In this document: positions 1 to 7,957 of the stretch, in pieces
Layout: the number at the start of each line of letters is the position of its first letter
Position numbering within the stretch: position 1 is the first letter of the stretch
DNA from: a virus
Taxonomy: Duplodnaviria; Caudoviricetes
IMG/VR virus record: IMGVR_UViG_3300011337_000295
Location: 1-33,267 of that record
Direction: 5' to 3' (one strand)
Length of the DNA: 33,267 bases
Position numbers and translations under genes: made by a program
The notes under the pieces: generated by a model
Databases searched by the model: none
Seen by the model: only the letters and a program-made list of their open reading frames with translations
Told to the model about the DNA's origin: nothing

Positions 1-197
1 GTCCATTCCGAGGACGGTTCCATTTCGATTTCGGCGAAGATCTCAGGGTACATTATCTTGGCAATTTCTACCCTTGTCTGGATAGTTGACCTTGGGATCT
101 TTGATATTCTGCTGCTCAGGGCATAACTCTTTTTGCACCTGTACCAAAGACGCACAGCATCCAAAGCTACATCCTTAGACAACTTCTTATTAGGCAT
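1..197 (-). CDS. Partial (N-terminal 65 aa) metallophosphoesterase, divergent allele of 32235..33167
   Basis: ATG at 197 overlaps the endolysin stop (TAATG). It reads MPNKKLSKDVALDAVRLWYRCKKSYALSSRISK..., colinear with the gene at the right end, and runs off the window edge. Confidence 0.85.
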   Translation of the reverse strand, partial: MPNKKLSKDVALDAVRLWYRCKKSYALSSRISKIPRSTIQTRVEIAKIMYPEIFAEIEMEPSSEW

Positions 198-297
198 TAA
201 TCTACCGCCATGTTGAACGCGATCTTCTCGGTCTCTTTGACCCGCCGTGACCATCCTTTACCAAAGGTATCCCATGTTGGCAAACCTTGGAGGAAAG
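1..297. repeat. Left copy of terminal direct repeat (pairs with 32971..33267)
   Basis: 172-297 is identical to 33142-33267 (126 bp). 1-171 versus 32971-33141 differs at 24 positions by my count, with no indels. Confidence 0.95.
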
Positions 298-712
298 CCA
301 TACGCGCCTCGCAGACCTTGGTAGCCAATTCTCTGGGGTTAGCATTAGCTACAGCGGCTAAGGTTGCGGGGCCGATAGCACCGTCAGCAGCCACACCGAC
401 AGCCCTTTGTAGTAACTTGCTGGCACGACCAGTACCACTATTAATAGCAAGGTCGAACACAGCAAAATCAACACCTCTCGGGAGGTCATCGCCACGGACT
501 GCATCCCAGTACTTCTTCTTATAGAGCGGCGTGACGTCGGCAACTGTGAGGGATCTAATGTCATCTACCGTTACCTCATGGCCTACCCACTCTTCCCAGA
601 CACGCTTCGTGCACCCGAGACTGGTTGCTCCACCTGGATCCTTGGGATGGTTCACGAACCCGCCTTCGTGCTTCAAAACATGAGCAAGTGATTCGTTAAA
701 ATTATCTTCCAC
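197..712 (-). CDS. Endolysin, glycoside hydrolase family 108 with C-terminal peptidoglycan-binding domain
   Basis: HEGGFVNHPKDPGGAT catalytic motif, 'FDLAINSG', 'DGAIGPATL', 'FGKGWSRR'; AAGGAG RBS before a GTG start. Confidence 0.93.
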   Translation of the reverse strand: MEDNFNESLAHVLKHEGGFVNHPKDPGGATSLGCTKRVWEEWVGHEVTVDDIRSLTVADVTPLYKKKYWDAVRGDDLPRGVDFAVFDLAINSGTGRASKLLQRAVGVAADGAIGPATLAAVANANPRELATKVCEARMAFLQGLPTWDTFGKGWSRRVKETEKIAFNMAVD

Positions 713-715
713 GGG

Positions 716-1243
716 TCACTCCTTTGGAGTTGAGTTATAGATCATAGCATCTTTTTTCTGACTGCCAGATGACGACCCAAAATAGAAAGCAATGATGCCG
801 CCCCATGCAGTCTGTAGCGCACCGAGCAACAACAACAGTGCCTCGTTGCCTGTTGTCGGCAGCCCGTAAACAAGCATATAAATCAGGATAGCAAAGAACC
901 CTGCGGTCACTGACACTGCTAAGGCTCTGGGTATCCAGTCTCTGGTTTCTTTCTGCATATCACGGGCAGATTTACGGTCGTCAACAGCGATTCGCTCCAG
1001 GTCAATGTCCAAGGCTTTCATCTGCACCTTAAAATCAGCGTCGATCTTTTTCACGGCAGCTAACTGCTCTGGAGATGCAGTAGCCATAGCATCCATTACG
1101 GCTTCCTCTGAGAAGTCTTCAGCACCTAGCAGTGCCTTGGATAGGGCTTTGACACCGAGGCCAGCCAGTGGGCCTCCTAGAGCCGTAGCGATACTAGGGG
1201 CTACCGAGGATAGCAACGGGCCGAATGCCTTTAGAATGTCCAT
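716..1243 (-). CDS. Holin, 3TM gene-transfer-release type
   Basis: N-terminal 'APSIATALGGPLAG', 'DRKSARDM' motif, two C-terminal hydrophobic helices and 'FYFGSSSGS'; directly upstream of the endolysin. Confidence 0.8.
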   Translation of the reverse strand: MDILKAFGPLLSSVAPSIATALGGPLAGLGVKALSKALLGAEDFSEEAVMDAMATASPEQLAAVKKIDADFKVQMKALDIDLERIAVDDRKSARDMQKETRDWIPRALAVSVTAGFFAILIYMLVYGLPTTGNEALLLLLGALQTAWGGIIAFYFGSSSGSQKKDAMIYNSTPKE

Positions 1244-1251
1244 GACGACTC

Positions 1252-1722
1252 CTATTTGTGGGTAAATACTACCATCGCTATGCCAACTGCTGTGGCAAAT
1301 AATATAACTGCACCGATTAACCAGGCACCCATGATCATGTCTTTGCGGTTCTCTTCAGCCTCACGCTGTGCTGCTGCCGCCTCACGCTGTGCCTCTTTCC
1401 TCATTTCAATTATCTCTTTTTGTATCGACGACCACGCTGCTACACCGTATGCAGAAATAAATAGATTGCGTGTATCTAATTGTAATTGCTGGGCTTTTTG
1501 CTTTAACGTGTAAAGTTTAATAGCCTCGGCTTCATACTCTGCCTGAGACTGGAACAGTTTCTTTTTCTTTTTAGCACTGGTTAGCTGAGTGATCTGAGCA
1601 ATGCGACCGAACAGACTGCCAACTTTCTCGGCAACGTCCAGCATTTCGTGTCCACTATCGACGGCCCCTTTAATCCCATTGTAGATGGCTGTCGCACCTG
1701 CGATGAGCGTAAAAGGATCCAT
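1252..1722 (-). CDS. Coiled-coil protein with C-terminal transmembrane helix (lysis region)
   Basis: 156 aa ORF starting 'MDPFTLIAGA', charged helical middle, hydrophobic tail; tightly packed in the operon. Confidence 0.7.
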   Translation of the reverse strand: MDPFTLIAGATAIYNGIKGAVDSGHEMLDVAEKVGSLFGRIAQITQLTSAKKKKKLFQSQAEYEAEAIKLYTLKQKAQQLQLDTRNLFISAYGVAAWSSIQKEIIEMRKEAQREAAAAQREAEENRKDMIMGAWLIGAVILFATAVGIAMVVFTHK

Positions 1723-1899
1723 TTATGCTCTGTTCCAGTCTCTAATCGCAAGAGCAATACGAATCAAAACCAAGATAAGACCGCCGACAGCGATAGCCAG
1801 ACCAATCCAACCCTGTAACTCAGTCACCCATAGCGGCATTGTGATAGCACCCGTAGCTATGGTCGAATCAATTACAAGTTTGGCTTCGTCAGCTTCCAT
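1723..1899 (-). CDS. Small membrane protein (58 aa), possible holin/antiholin; absent from the ORF track
   Basis: MEADEAKLVIDSTIATGAITMPLWVTELQGWIGLAIAVGGLILVLIRIALAIRDWNRA*; fills the gap between 1722 and 1904. Confidence 0.75.
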   Translation of the reverse strand: MEADEAKLVIDSTIATGAITMPLWVTELQGWIGLAIAVGGLILVLIRIALAIRDWNRA

Positions 1900-1903
1900 T
1901 AGA

Positions 1904-2596
1904 TCACTCGTACATTATGTTGATAGTGCCAGCGGACGGTGTTGTGTCAAAGGTGTCCGTGCCGTTGACTGTGGTGATACGGACTTGGGTAAGCGTGTCG
2001 GAGAGAGTTTTGTTGCCGCACATAAAACAAGAGTCGTTACTTGGGCTTGTCGTGTTAGCGGTCATTCCAGACATAGCCCACATATTTCCAGAAATGTTTG
2101 TTAAAACAATTTGCGCTGCATATGTTGAGGCAGCAATCATTACTGTTTGAGTTAAAAAACCGGAGCTATATGCGCTGGTATATACGTTTGATGATCCTCC
2201 CAAGCGAACAGTAACGCCAGCGTACCCAGTTGTTTCTACGCCACCAGCATCACCAAGTTGCAATTGAACAATAGAAGTTCCACTCGTACTAACGCCGTTA
2301 AACATCACAGTAATACGTTTCACCCATGACGGGATGCTTGTAAAATCAATTGATGTTTGACCAGCACAAGTAACAGCCGTATCCGACACAACAGGGGCTA
2401 ACGTACCTGTGACATTCACCAAGGTCTGTGTGTTAGTTCCAGCTACAGCAGGGGCGGCAATCGTGAGTGTTCCAGACGTGGAGCCATTCAACACAGGACT
2501 CTTGGCAAGGGTAACATCACCAGACGTGCCTAGAGTGATGTTGACATCAGCCGATGAGGGGTTTTGGATCAGCGTTGTCTTTAAAGTTCCGGTCAT
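1904..2596 (-). CDS. Tail fibre / receptor-binding subunit (paralog of 3829..4506)
   Basis: Thr/Gly/Ser-rich; shares 'LNGSTSG..APAVAGTNT', 'SIDFT.IPSWVKRITVMF.GVS' and terminal 'AGTINIMYE' with 3829..4506. Confidence 0.8.
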   Translation of the reverse strand: MTGTLKTTLIQNPSSADVNITLGTSGDVTLAKSPVLNGSTSGTLTIAAPAVAGTNTQTLVNVTGTLAPVVSDTAVTCAGQTSIDFTSIPSWVKRITVMFNGVSTSGTSIVQLQLGDAGGVETTGYAGVTVRLGGSSNVYTSAYSSGFLTQTVMIAASTYAAQIVLTNISGNMWAMSGMTANTTSPSNDSCFMCGNKTLSDTLTQVRITTVNGTDTFDTTPSAGTINIMYE

Positions 2597-2910
2597 GGCG
2601 TTACCTCAATGGCTTCTTCAACGGGAGGGCTTACCTCAATAACTTCTTCCACCACAGGACTTGCCTCAATAACTTCTGCGACCGGAGGCGTTACCTCAAT
2701 GGCTTTCAACTCATCTAGTGTCGAGCAGGTATCTACTAGCGACGTAACATCCCTCAGACGCTGCTTCTCGGCAACGATGGCTGCGGTGTCTGCGTTGGCC
2801 TCTAATGCACGTTGGAACGCTACGTCCTGCGCGGCGAGTAGTGGCTCACGCTCTGCCCGTAGACGCTGCTTCGTGATGTCCTTGGCCTTGTCGATATTGA
2901 TCGTGATCAT
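2593..2910 (-). CDS. Tail fibre assembly chaperone-like protein with acidic C-terminal repeats
   Basis: Likely start MITINIDKAK (ATGA overlap with upstream stop); 'RAEREPLLAAQD...KQRLRDVT' resembles phage tail assembly chaperones. Confidence 0.7.
   Translation of the reverse strand: MITINIDKAKDITKQRLRAEREPLLAAQDVAFQRALEANADTAAIVAEKQRLRDVTSLVDTCSTLDELKAIEVTPPVAEVIEASPVVEEVIEVSPPVEEAIEVTP
2597..2706. repeat. Degenerate 30-bp coding tandem repeat, about 3.6 copies
   Basis: Units start at 2597, 2627, 2657 and 2687 with core TTRCCTCAAT; encodes IEVTPPVAEV/IEASPVVEEV/IEVSPPVEEA/IEVTP. Confidence 0.9.
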
Positions 2911-3101
2911 GCAGAATACTCCCACGCATTGCGGAATGTGCGGTCAGATGGAATGTCGGACACATCTACAATCTTGAATGGCTTACCAGCAGGTACGTCC
3001 TTGGCAGCGATTTCCTCAATGGTCATCGTCTCAAGAGCCTCTGGAGCGGGGATGATGATGGATACTCCACCGTCGTCGTTTGGGTATATGATGCGGTTCA
3101 T
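2907..3101 (-). CDS. Small tail-fibre-associated protein (64 aa)
   Basis: 'IEEIAAKDVPAG.PFKIVD.SDIPSDRTFRNAW'; AAAGGA RBS; lies within the fibre cassette. Confidence 0.75.
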   Translation of the reverse strand: MNRIIYPNDDGGVSIIIPAPEALETMTIEEIAAKDVPAGKPFKIVDVSDIPSDRTFRNAWEYSA

Positions 3102-3113
3102 TGGGTTATCCTT

Positions 3114-3821
3114 TTAGCGGAAGATGGAAACAAACACGCCGGAAAAATCAATTACGTTTCCAACTGATGTATCAGTTGCGGTGGCTTTTGTTATTACAGC
3201 CACTGATCCAGTTGAAATACCAGAAGCACCTTTAATATCAATACCAGCAACACGGGCAGTTGAATATTGTGTTGTTGACCCATTATCAACTGTGTTCCAT
3301 ACGCTACCAACAGTTGCATAGTTTACATCTGGCATTGCATTAGCAAAATTAATAGTGTAATTGCCAATGCCGTTGTCGGTAACGCTCGTAACATTGCCAC
3401 TACCACGGATAGTACAGAACCCAGCCGTGTTGGTCGTGCCATCAAAGTTCACCCACGCACGACAGCCGTATGCCACCGCTGCGGAGCCGTAGCCGGAGTT
3501 GAACTTAAAGTTTCCGCTTGAATCAAACTGCCCAGTAGCAACACCACCCTCAGCAAAATCAATCGTGTCGGCTGCTGAAAAGAAGATACCCGTGTTGGTG
3601 TCGCCAGTCGCAGTAATTGCAGGAAGAGCCGCTGTTCCAGCCGTGAACTCTGCCTGACCAGACGCATTAACACGCATACGTTCCGTGCCACCCGTCGAGA
3701 TGGCTACGATATCTGTGCCGTAGAAAACACCCGTGTTGGTGTCGCCACCCTGTACGGATGGAGTGGCAGCGGAGCCATCAACTCCGGCAATGCCTGTAGT
3801 GCCGTTTATGGTTATGGTCAT
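3114..3821 (-). CDS. Tail fibre subunit with two internal GDTNTG repeats
   Basis: Likely start MTITINGTTG after GAGG RBS; repeats 'GSAATPSVQGGDTNTGVF' and 'GTAALPAITATGDTNTGIF'; C-terminal 'CRAWVNFDG...SGNVTSVTDNGIGNYTINF' domain. Confidence 0.8.
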   Translation of the reverse strand: MTITINGTTGIAGVDGSAATPSVQGGDTNTGVFYGTDIVAISTGGTERMRVNASGQAEFTAGTAALPAITATGDTNTGIFFSAADTIDFAEGGVATGQFDSSGNFKFNSGYGSAAVAYGCRAWVNFDGTTNTAGFCTIRGSGNVTSVTDNGIGNYTINFANAMPDVNYATVGSVWNTVDNGSTTQYSTARVAGIDIKGASGISTGSVAVITKATATDTSVGNVIDFSGVFVSIFR

Positions 3822-3828
3822 GTGTGCC

Positions 3829-4506
3829 TCACTCGTACATAATGTTGATGGTGCCAGCGTCGAAGGTATTTGTGCCGCCAACTGTAGTTATGCGAATTTG
3901 AGTAAGTGTGCCGGAAAGAGTTTTTGTAGCTCCAATTTGGGTTACTCCCGCCGAGCTTGAAAGCCCCAAAACGCCAGCACACGCCCATAAATTAGTGGCA
4001 GGGTCTAACGCAGTTATTGTCACAGAGCCGTGGGATGTTTGAGCTGCCGAGGGAGCTGAAAGTCCACTTAAACCAAACCCTGTGGTGTAGTTAGCGTTGT
4101 TTGTTCCGGTTCCAGAACTTGTTGAAGCCGCACCCAAGTACCCAGTAATTTCAATCCCGCCAGAATCACCAAGTTGGATTAACTGGGGACTTGTTCCACT
4201 CACACTTACCCCATCAAACATCACCGTAATACGTTTTACCCACGACGGTATGCCAGTAAAGTCAATGCTAGTGCCGGACGTAGATGCTTGTGCTGTTCCA
4301 GATGTAAGTACGCTACTACCCATTGAAGACACAACAGCACCCGTAATTGTTGGGCTAGTTAATGTCTTTCCTGTTAGCGTCTGCGTAGCGGCTAGACCTA
4401 CAAGCGTGTCAGTCACAGCAGGAAGCGTGAGCGTGTTGGTTCCGGCAACAGCAGGGGCAGTAAGTGTTACCGATCCAGATGTTGAGCCATTGAGTTTTAC
4501 AGGCAT
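3829..4506 (-). CDS. Tail fibre / receptor-binding subunit (paralog of 1904..2596)
   Basis: Thr/Gly/Ser-rich 225 aa ORF, GGAGA RBS, shared motifs with 1904..2596. Confidence 0.8.
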   Translation of the reverse strand: MPVKLNGSTSGSVTLTAPAVAGTNTLTLPAVTDTLVGLAATQTLTGKTLTSPTITGAVVSSMGSSVLTSGTAQASTSGTSIDFTGIPSWVKRITVMFDGVSVSGTSPQLIQLGDSGGIEITGYLGAASTSSGTGTNNANYTTGFGLSGLSAPSAAQTSHGSVTITALDPATNLWACAGVLGLSSSAGVTQIGATKTLSGTLTQIRITTVGGTNTFDAGTINIMYE

Positions 4507-4531
4507 CAGACAGTCTCCAAAATAATGTTCA

Positions 4532-5380
4532 TCATACTATCGACCATGTGCTACCGGAAGGAACGGTAACCGTGATACCGCTGTTTACCGTGATTGGGCC
4601 GAATGTTCCTGCGTTCTTACTAGTTGCAGAGCCTGTGCCTATTGTGTAATCGGCTGTTACAATCTGGTCGTTTTCATGGAAAATCTCATCATTGCCACCA
4701 CCTGTAGCACCGCCACCGACAGCACCCCAAGAAGTACCGTTGTAGCCTTCAAATTGATTTAGATCAGTATTAAACCTAAAATAACCGACAGCGGGTGTAG
4801 GACGATTTGCTGTCGTGCTGGCAGGTATTGAAGCTGCACCAGTGCCTGATGTTATAGTAACAAATCCAGAACCAAATGAGCTGCCTACAACAACCGGATT
4901 GCCATTTGAGTCAAATGCTAATGTCTTTCCAGCGCGGTCTGCTTGTACAGGCAGAACCATGTTAACATTTCCACCGTCCTCGACCGCTGCCGCATCATAC
5001 TGTGGAGCCTTCAGAGTACGCTTGTTCTCTTCAGCAAGCTGCTGGATCAGAATGATAGAGGCATCCAACTGCTCATTGAGAGACGAGGCTTTCAAGTCAC
5101 CAGCGGTCACGAAGTCTGTGGTGCGCTCGATAGCCCTTGCACCGATAATAACAATACGATCAGCACTTGTAGCAGCAACCACTAGAGTCACAGACCCAGT
5201 GCCGTTAGCCGAACTGACCGTCACGGTGTAATCTGTTGTAAGAATTAATTTAGTCGAGTTCTTATAGACAGCAATGTCTGTCTGGCTGATGACTGGAAAC
5301 GTGAACGCATAAGGGCCGACACCAGCAGATCCGGTGTAGACAACCCTACGGGTTACTGCGGTAATATTATAATCAGCCAT
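4532..5380 (-). CDS. Tail fibre anchor protein (T7 gp17-like N-terminal domain)
   Basis: 'RVVYTGSAGVGPYAFTFPV...DIAVYKN...LTTDYTV...R.IERTTDF...LKASSLNEQLD...IQQL' is the typical podovirus fibre attachment domain; GAGGTG RBS. Confidence 0.88.
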   Translation of the reverse strand: MADYNITAVTRRVVYTGSAGVGPYAFTFPVISQTDIAVYKNSTKLILTTDYTVTVSSANGTGSVTLVVAATSADRIVIIGARAIERTTDFVTAGDLKASSLNEQLDASIILIQQLAEENKRTLKAPQYDAAAVEDGGNVNMVLPVQADRAGKTLAFDSNGNPVVVGSSFGSGFVTITSGTGAASIPASTTANRPTPAVGYFRFNTDLNQFEGYNGTSWGAVGGGATGGGNDEIFHENDQIVTADYTIGTGSATSKNAGTFGPITVNSGITVTVPSGSTWSIV

Positions 5381-5403
5381 AGATCACCTCGCTCGATTTG
5401 CAC

Positions 5404-5432
5404 CTTATACACTACACGGTCTTGTTGCTCAA
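5404..5432 (-). promoter_or_regulatory. Candidate promoter for the tail fibre/lysis cassette
   Basis: TTGAGC-N17-TATAAG on the minus strand in the 54-bp intergenic gap. Confidence 0.45.
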
Positions 5433-5434
5433 TC

Positions 5435-7957
5435 TCATTGAATAATTTCAGAAGGAGGCACAAAGAATGTTTGGTTCTGTTCTTTTTTAACCCTATCTTC
5501 CATACGTTTTAGATACCCTGGATTAAGGGCTTCTTGAACTCGGTAGATGACAAGATAATCAAGCATAGCCCTTGCATAGAATATGTTTGCACCCGGCGTG
5601 TTGCTGATAATCAACTTAACAGTTGCAGCCGCTACGTCATCGCCTTTTTTAGCGCGACCATATAGATCAGCTATGCTGTCTGCCGTTGCGAATGTCGGCC
5701 CTAGCAAAGATGAAATTGGCCCAGCACCATAACGGTTTGTCATTTCTCCGAACAAGAAGTCACCAAAGATACCAGCACCACCGCCTTGAAGCATGGATGC
5801 TTGGATTAGTTTGGCGTACTCTTCTGCCGTCTCAGGTTTGCGAGGCATCTTGCCTTTGATGATTTCCTTGGCTGTCATTGCACCATAACCAAATATGGTA
5901 GACCAGAGGATTACCTGAGCCAGACCCATAGCCTCGCCATTGCCATTCTTTAATGCGGCAATCAAACCTGCACTCGGATCTGCTCCACGACCGTAGACCT
6001 CACGACCCATAACCTTCTGGACAAAGGCAATCGGGAAGCCCTTGAACTGACCTATAAATCTAAGCAGCTCGCCAGTTGGTGTGCCTGGTGCATGGCCTTG
6101 GTTCATTATGGCTTTAGTTCTTGCATCCGGCTCAAGCACCGCAAACCCAGCACGGTCATCAAAATACGTCATCCATTGGGACTCAACCTCATCTTTAAGG
6201 CTGGCAATAGCTGTATCACTTGCCTTCATATTTCTGGCTTCAAGATAGGAAACAAAAATATTATCAGGCAGATTCCTGATTTCTCTGGCAAGTAGATATT
6301 CTCTACCATCTGCACCCTTTGTTACCGTTTGACGCATCATGTCCCATTTTTCTGCGTCGATACCGTACAGTCCATAAACACGGCTTGTATCTGGATTCAG
6401 TTTATCAAATGGTAGGTTTTTGTTTCTAGCCGCAAAGTGAGACATAAGGCGAGTAGATGTTGCCCTTAGAGTGTCAGTCCACCAAGTCAAACCATTCAAC
6501 TTAAAAAACAGTTGTTGCATTTTAGACATAACGCCTGGCAAATTATCGCCAGCTTCAAACCTGCTAGAAATTCTGCCAATCACCGAGTCAAACACAATGC
6601 CTAGACCTGCATCTATGTCTGCCAGATTTGCTCTATTCTGTCCTTTGATTAAGCCAGCAATGGATTCATACATGGCTTCCGTCATGTCAAAGCCTTGGTA
6701 ACGAAGCTCTGTCATTACAGCCGGAATATCCGTAATCGACGAAACAACTGCCGCGCCTAGCTTAGACATGGCTTGGACGCCACGAATGCCAGAACTGATC
6801 TCTGCCATCAGATCGTGATTAGGTATTGTTACAGAGCCGTCTATCTCTGCAAACCTTCGTTCCAGAAATCCGTTTTTACCAGTTGCTTGTTGAAACTTTT
6901 TCAGTTGCTCAGGATCATTTTTTAATCCGGCTTCTAGCATAGTCACAATGCGGTTGTAGTTGTCCCGTGGGTTTGGGCCGAGCGTCCGCATCAAGCTGAC
7001 GTTCTGAGCAGCAACATTCATCTGCCTTATTACAGCGTCTGATATGCCACCAACCCCGTAGTCTGCATTGTAGTCAAACCACGAATCAGAATCTTTAAAA
7101 TGCAAAACCCGATCAGCACTAGCTTTCTTAGCTAGATTTGCAGTGCCACCCTTAAACCCAGTGATTTCTTCCGAGGTTCTAAGATGGCTTCCGCTTACAA
7201 AGTTGTTGTAAATCTTACCAAGAATGTCTGCTGGGTTATCGCCAGGTTCAAATGTTCGTGCTACGTCGAGCTTGGGCAAAATCTCTTGCACCCACTTGGC
7301 TTGACCAGACTTCCTTATTTTAGACACATCATGCGATTGCCGAACGATATATCCGGCTAATTTACCAATATCGGCCCCAGCATTGTTGTAATCAATTCTT
7401 GTTACTTCCTGCCACTTATGAAGGATGTCAGCCAGCTTCTTTATCTCTACTGGGCCAGCATATGCAGGGGAAGCAGGGTTATCAATCGACCATAGTGCTT
7501 TGGAAATTTCACGGTCTGATTGCTTGTTGGTCAGCAGTTTCAATACATTTGCTTTTTCAAGGTCATAGACTAACCCTGAAAGATAGTTTTTGGCTAAGGC
7601 GTTCTATTGGGCTGCCGCGCTAAAGCGAGAACCTAAAGCAGCCTTGTTAACCCCGACTAATGCAGCCTCTAGGCCACCAGCGTAGTCGTTAGCACATTGG
7701 GTCTTAACAAAGTCAAGTGTTTCAATTCTGAGCTTCAAAGCAATAGCAGCATTACGCTTTTCAATACGAGCAGCCTTGCTTACTTCCTTGGCATACTTTT
7801 CACCTGCTGCGCGGATAGCCTCATCAAACGGGCCAGCAGTTGCTCCCGCTTCTTTTATCTTTTTCTGGACTTCAGTAAAAAGCGAGATGGCCTCATCATC
7901 AGTAAGTTGGCGACCGAGAGCAGCAGACGCTTCTGATATGCACTTATTCGGTTCCAT
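5435..7957 (-). CDS. Large internal virion (ejection) protein, 840 codons, interrupted by one in-frame TAG at 7604-7606
   Basis: Track ORFs 7604..7981 and 5435..7543 share a frame, and the 20 codons between them are open (NALAKNYLSGLVYDLEKANV). The start MEPNKC at 7957 overlaps the upstream stop (TAATG). Position before the tail fibre and motifs such as 'QFKGFP' and 'GGAGIFGDFL' fit a podovirus ejection protein. Confidence 0.8.

Noticed and set aside
1-171. Diversity-generating retroelement TR/VR pair (diverged terminal copies, or the paralogous fibre genes)
   Set aside because: Substitutions involve all four bases rather than adenines only, the amino-acid changes are conservative, and no reverse transcriptase ORF is present.
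2597-2706. CRISPR-like regularly spaced repeat
   Set aside because: The period is only 30 bp, the units are degenerate and in frame inside a coding region, and there are no unique spacers or cas genes.
5435-7957. Genome-wide TAG reassignment (alternative genetic code)
   Set aside because: Only one internal TAG was seen. All other long genes are intact in the standard code, TAG terminates several ORFs, and I saw no suppressor tRNA.
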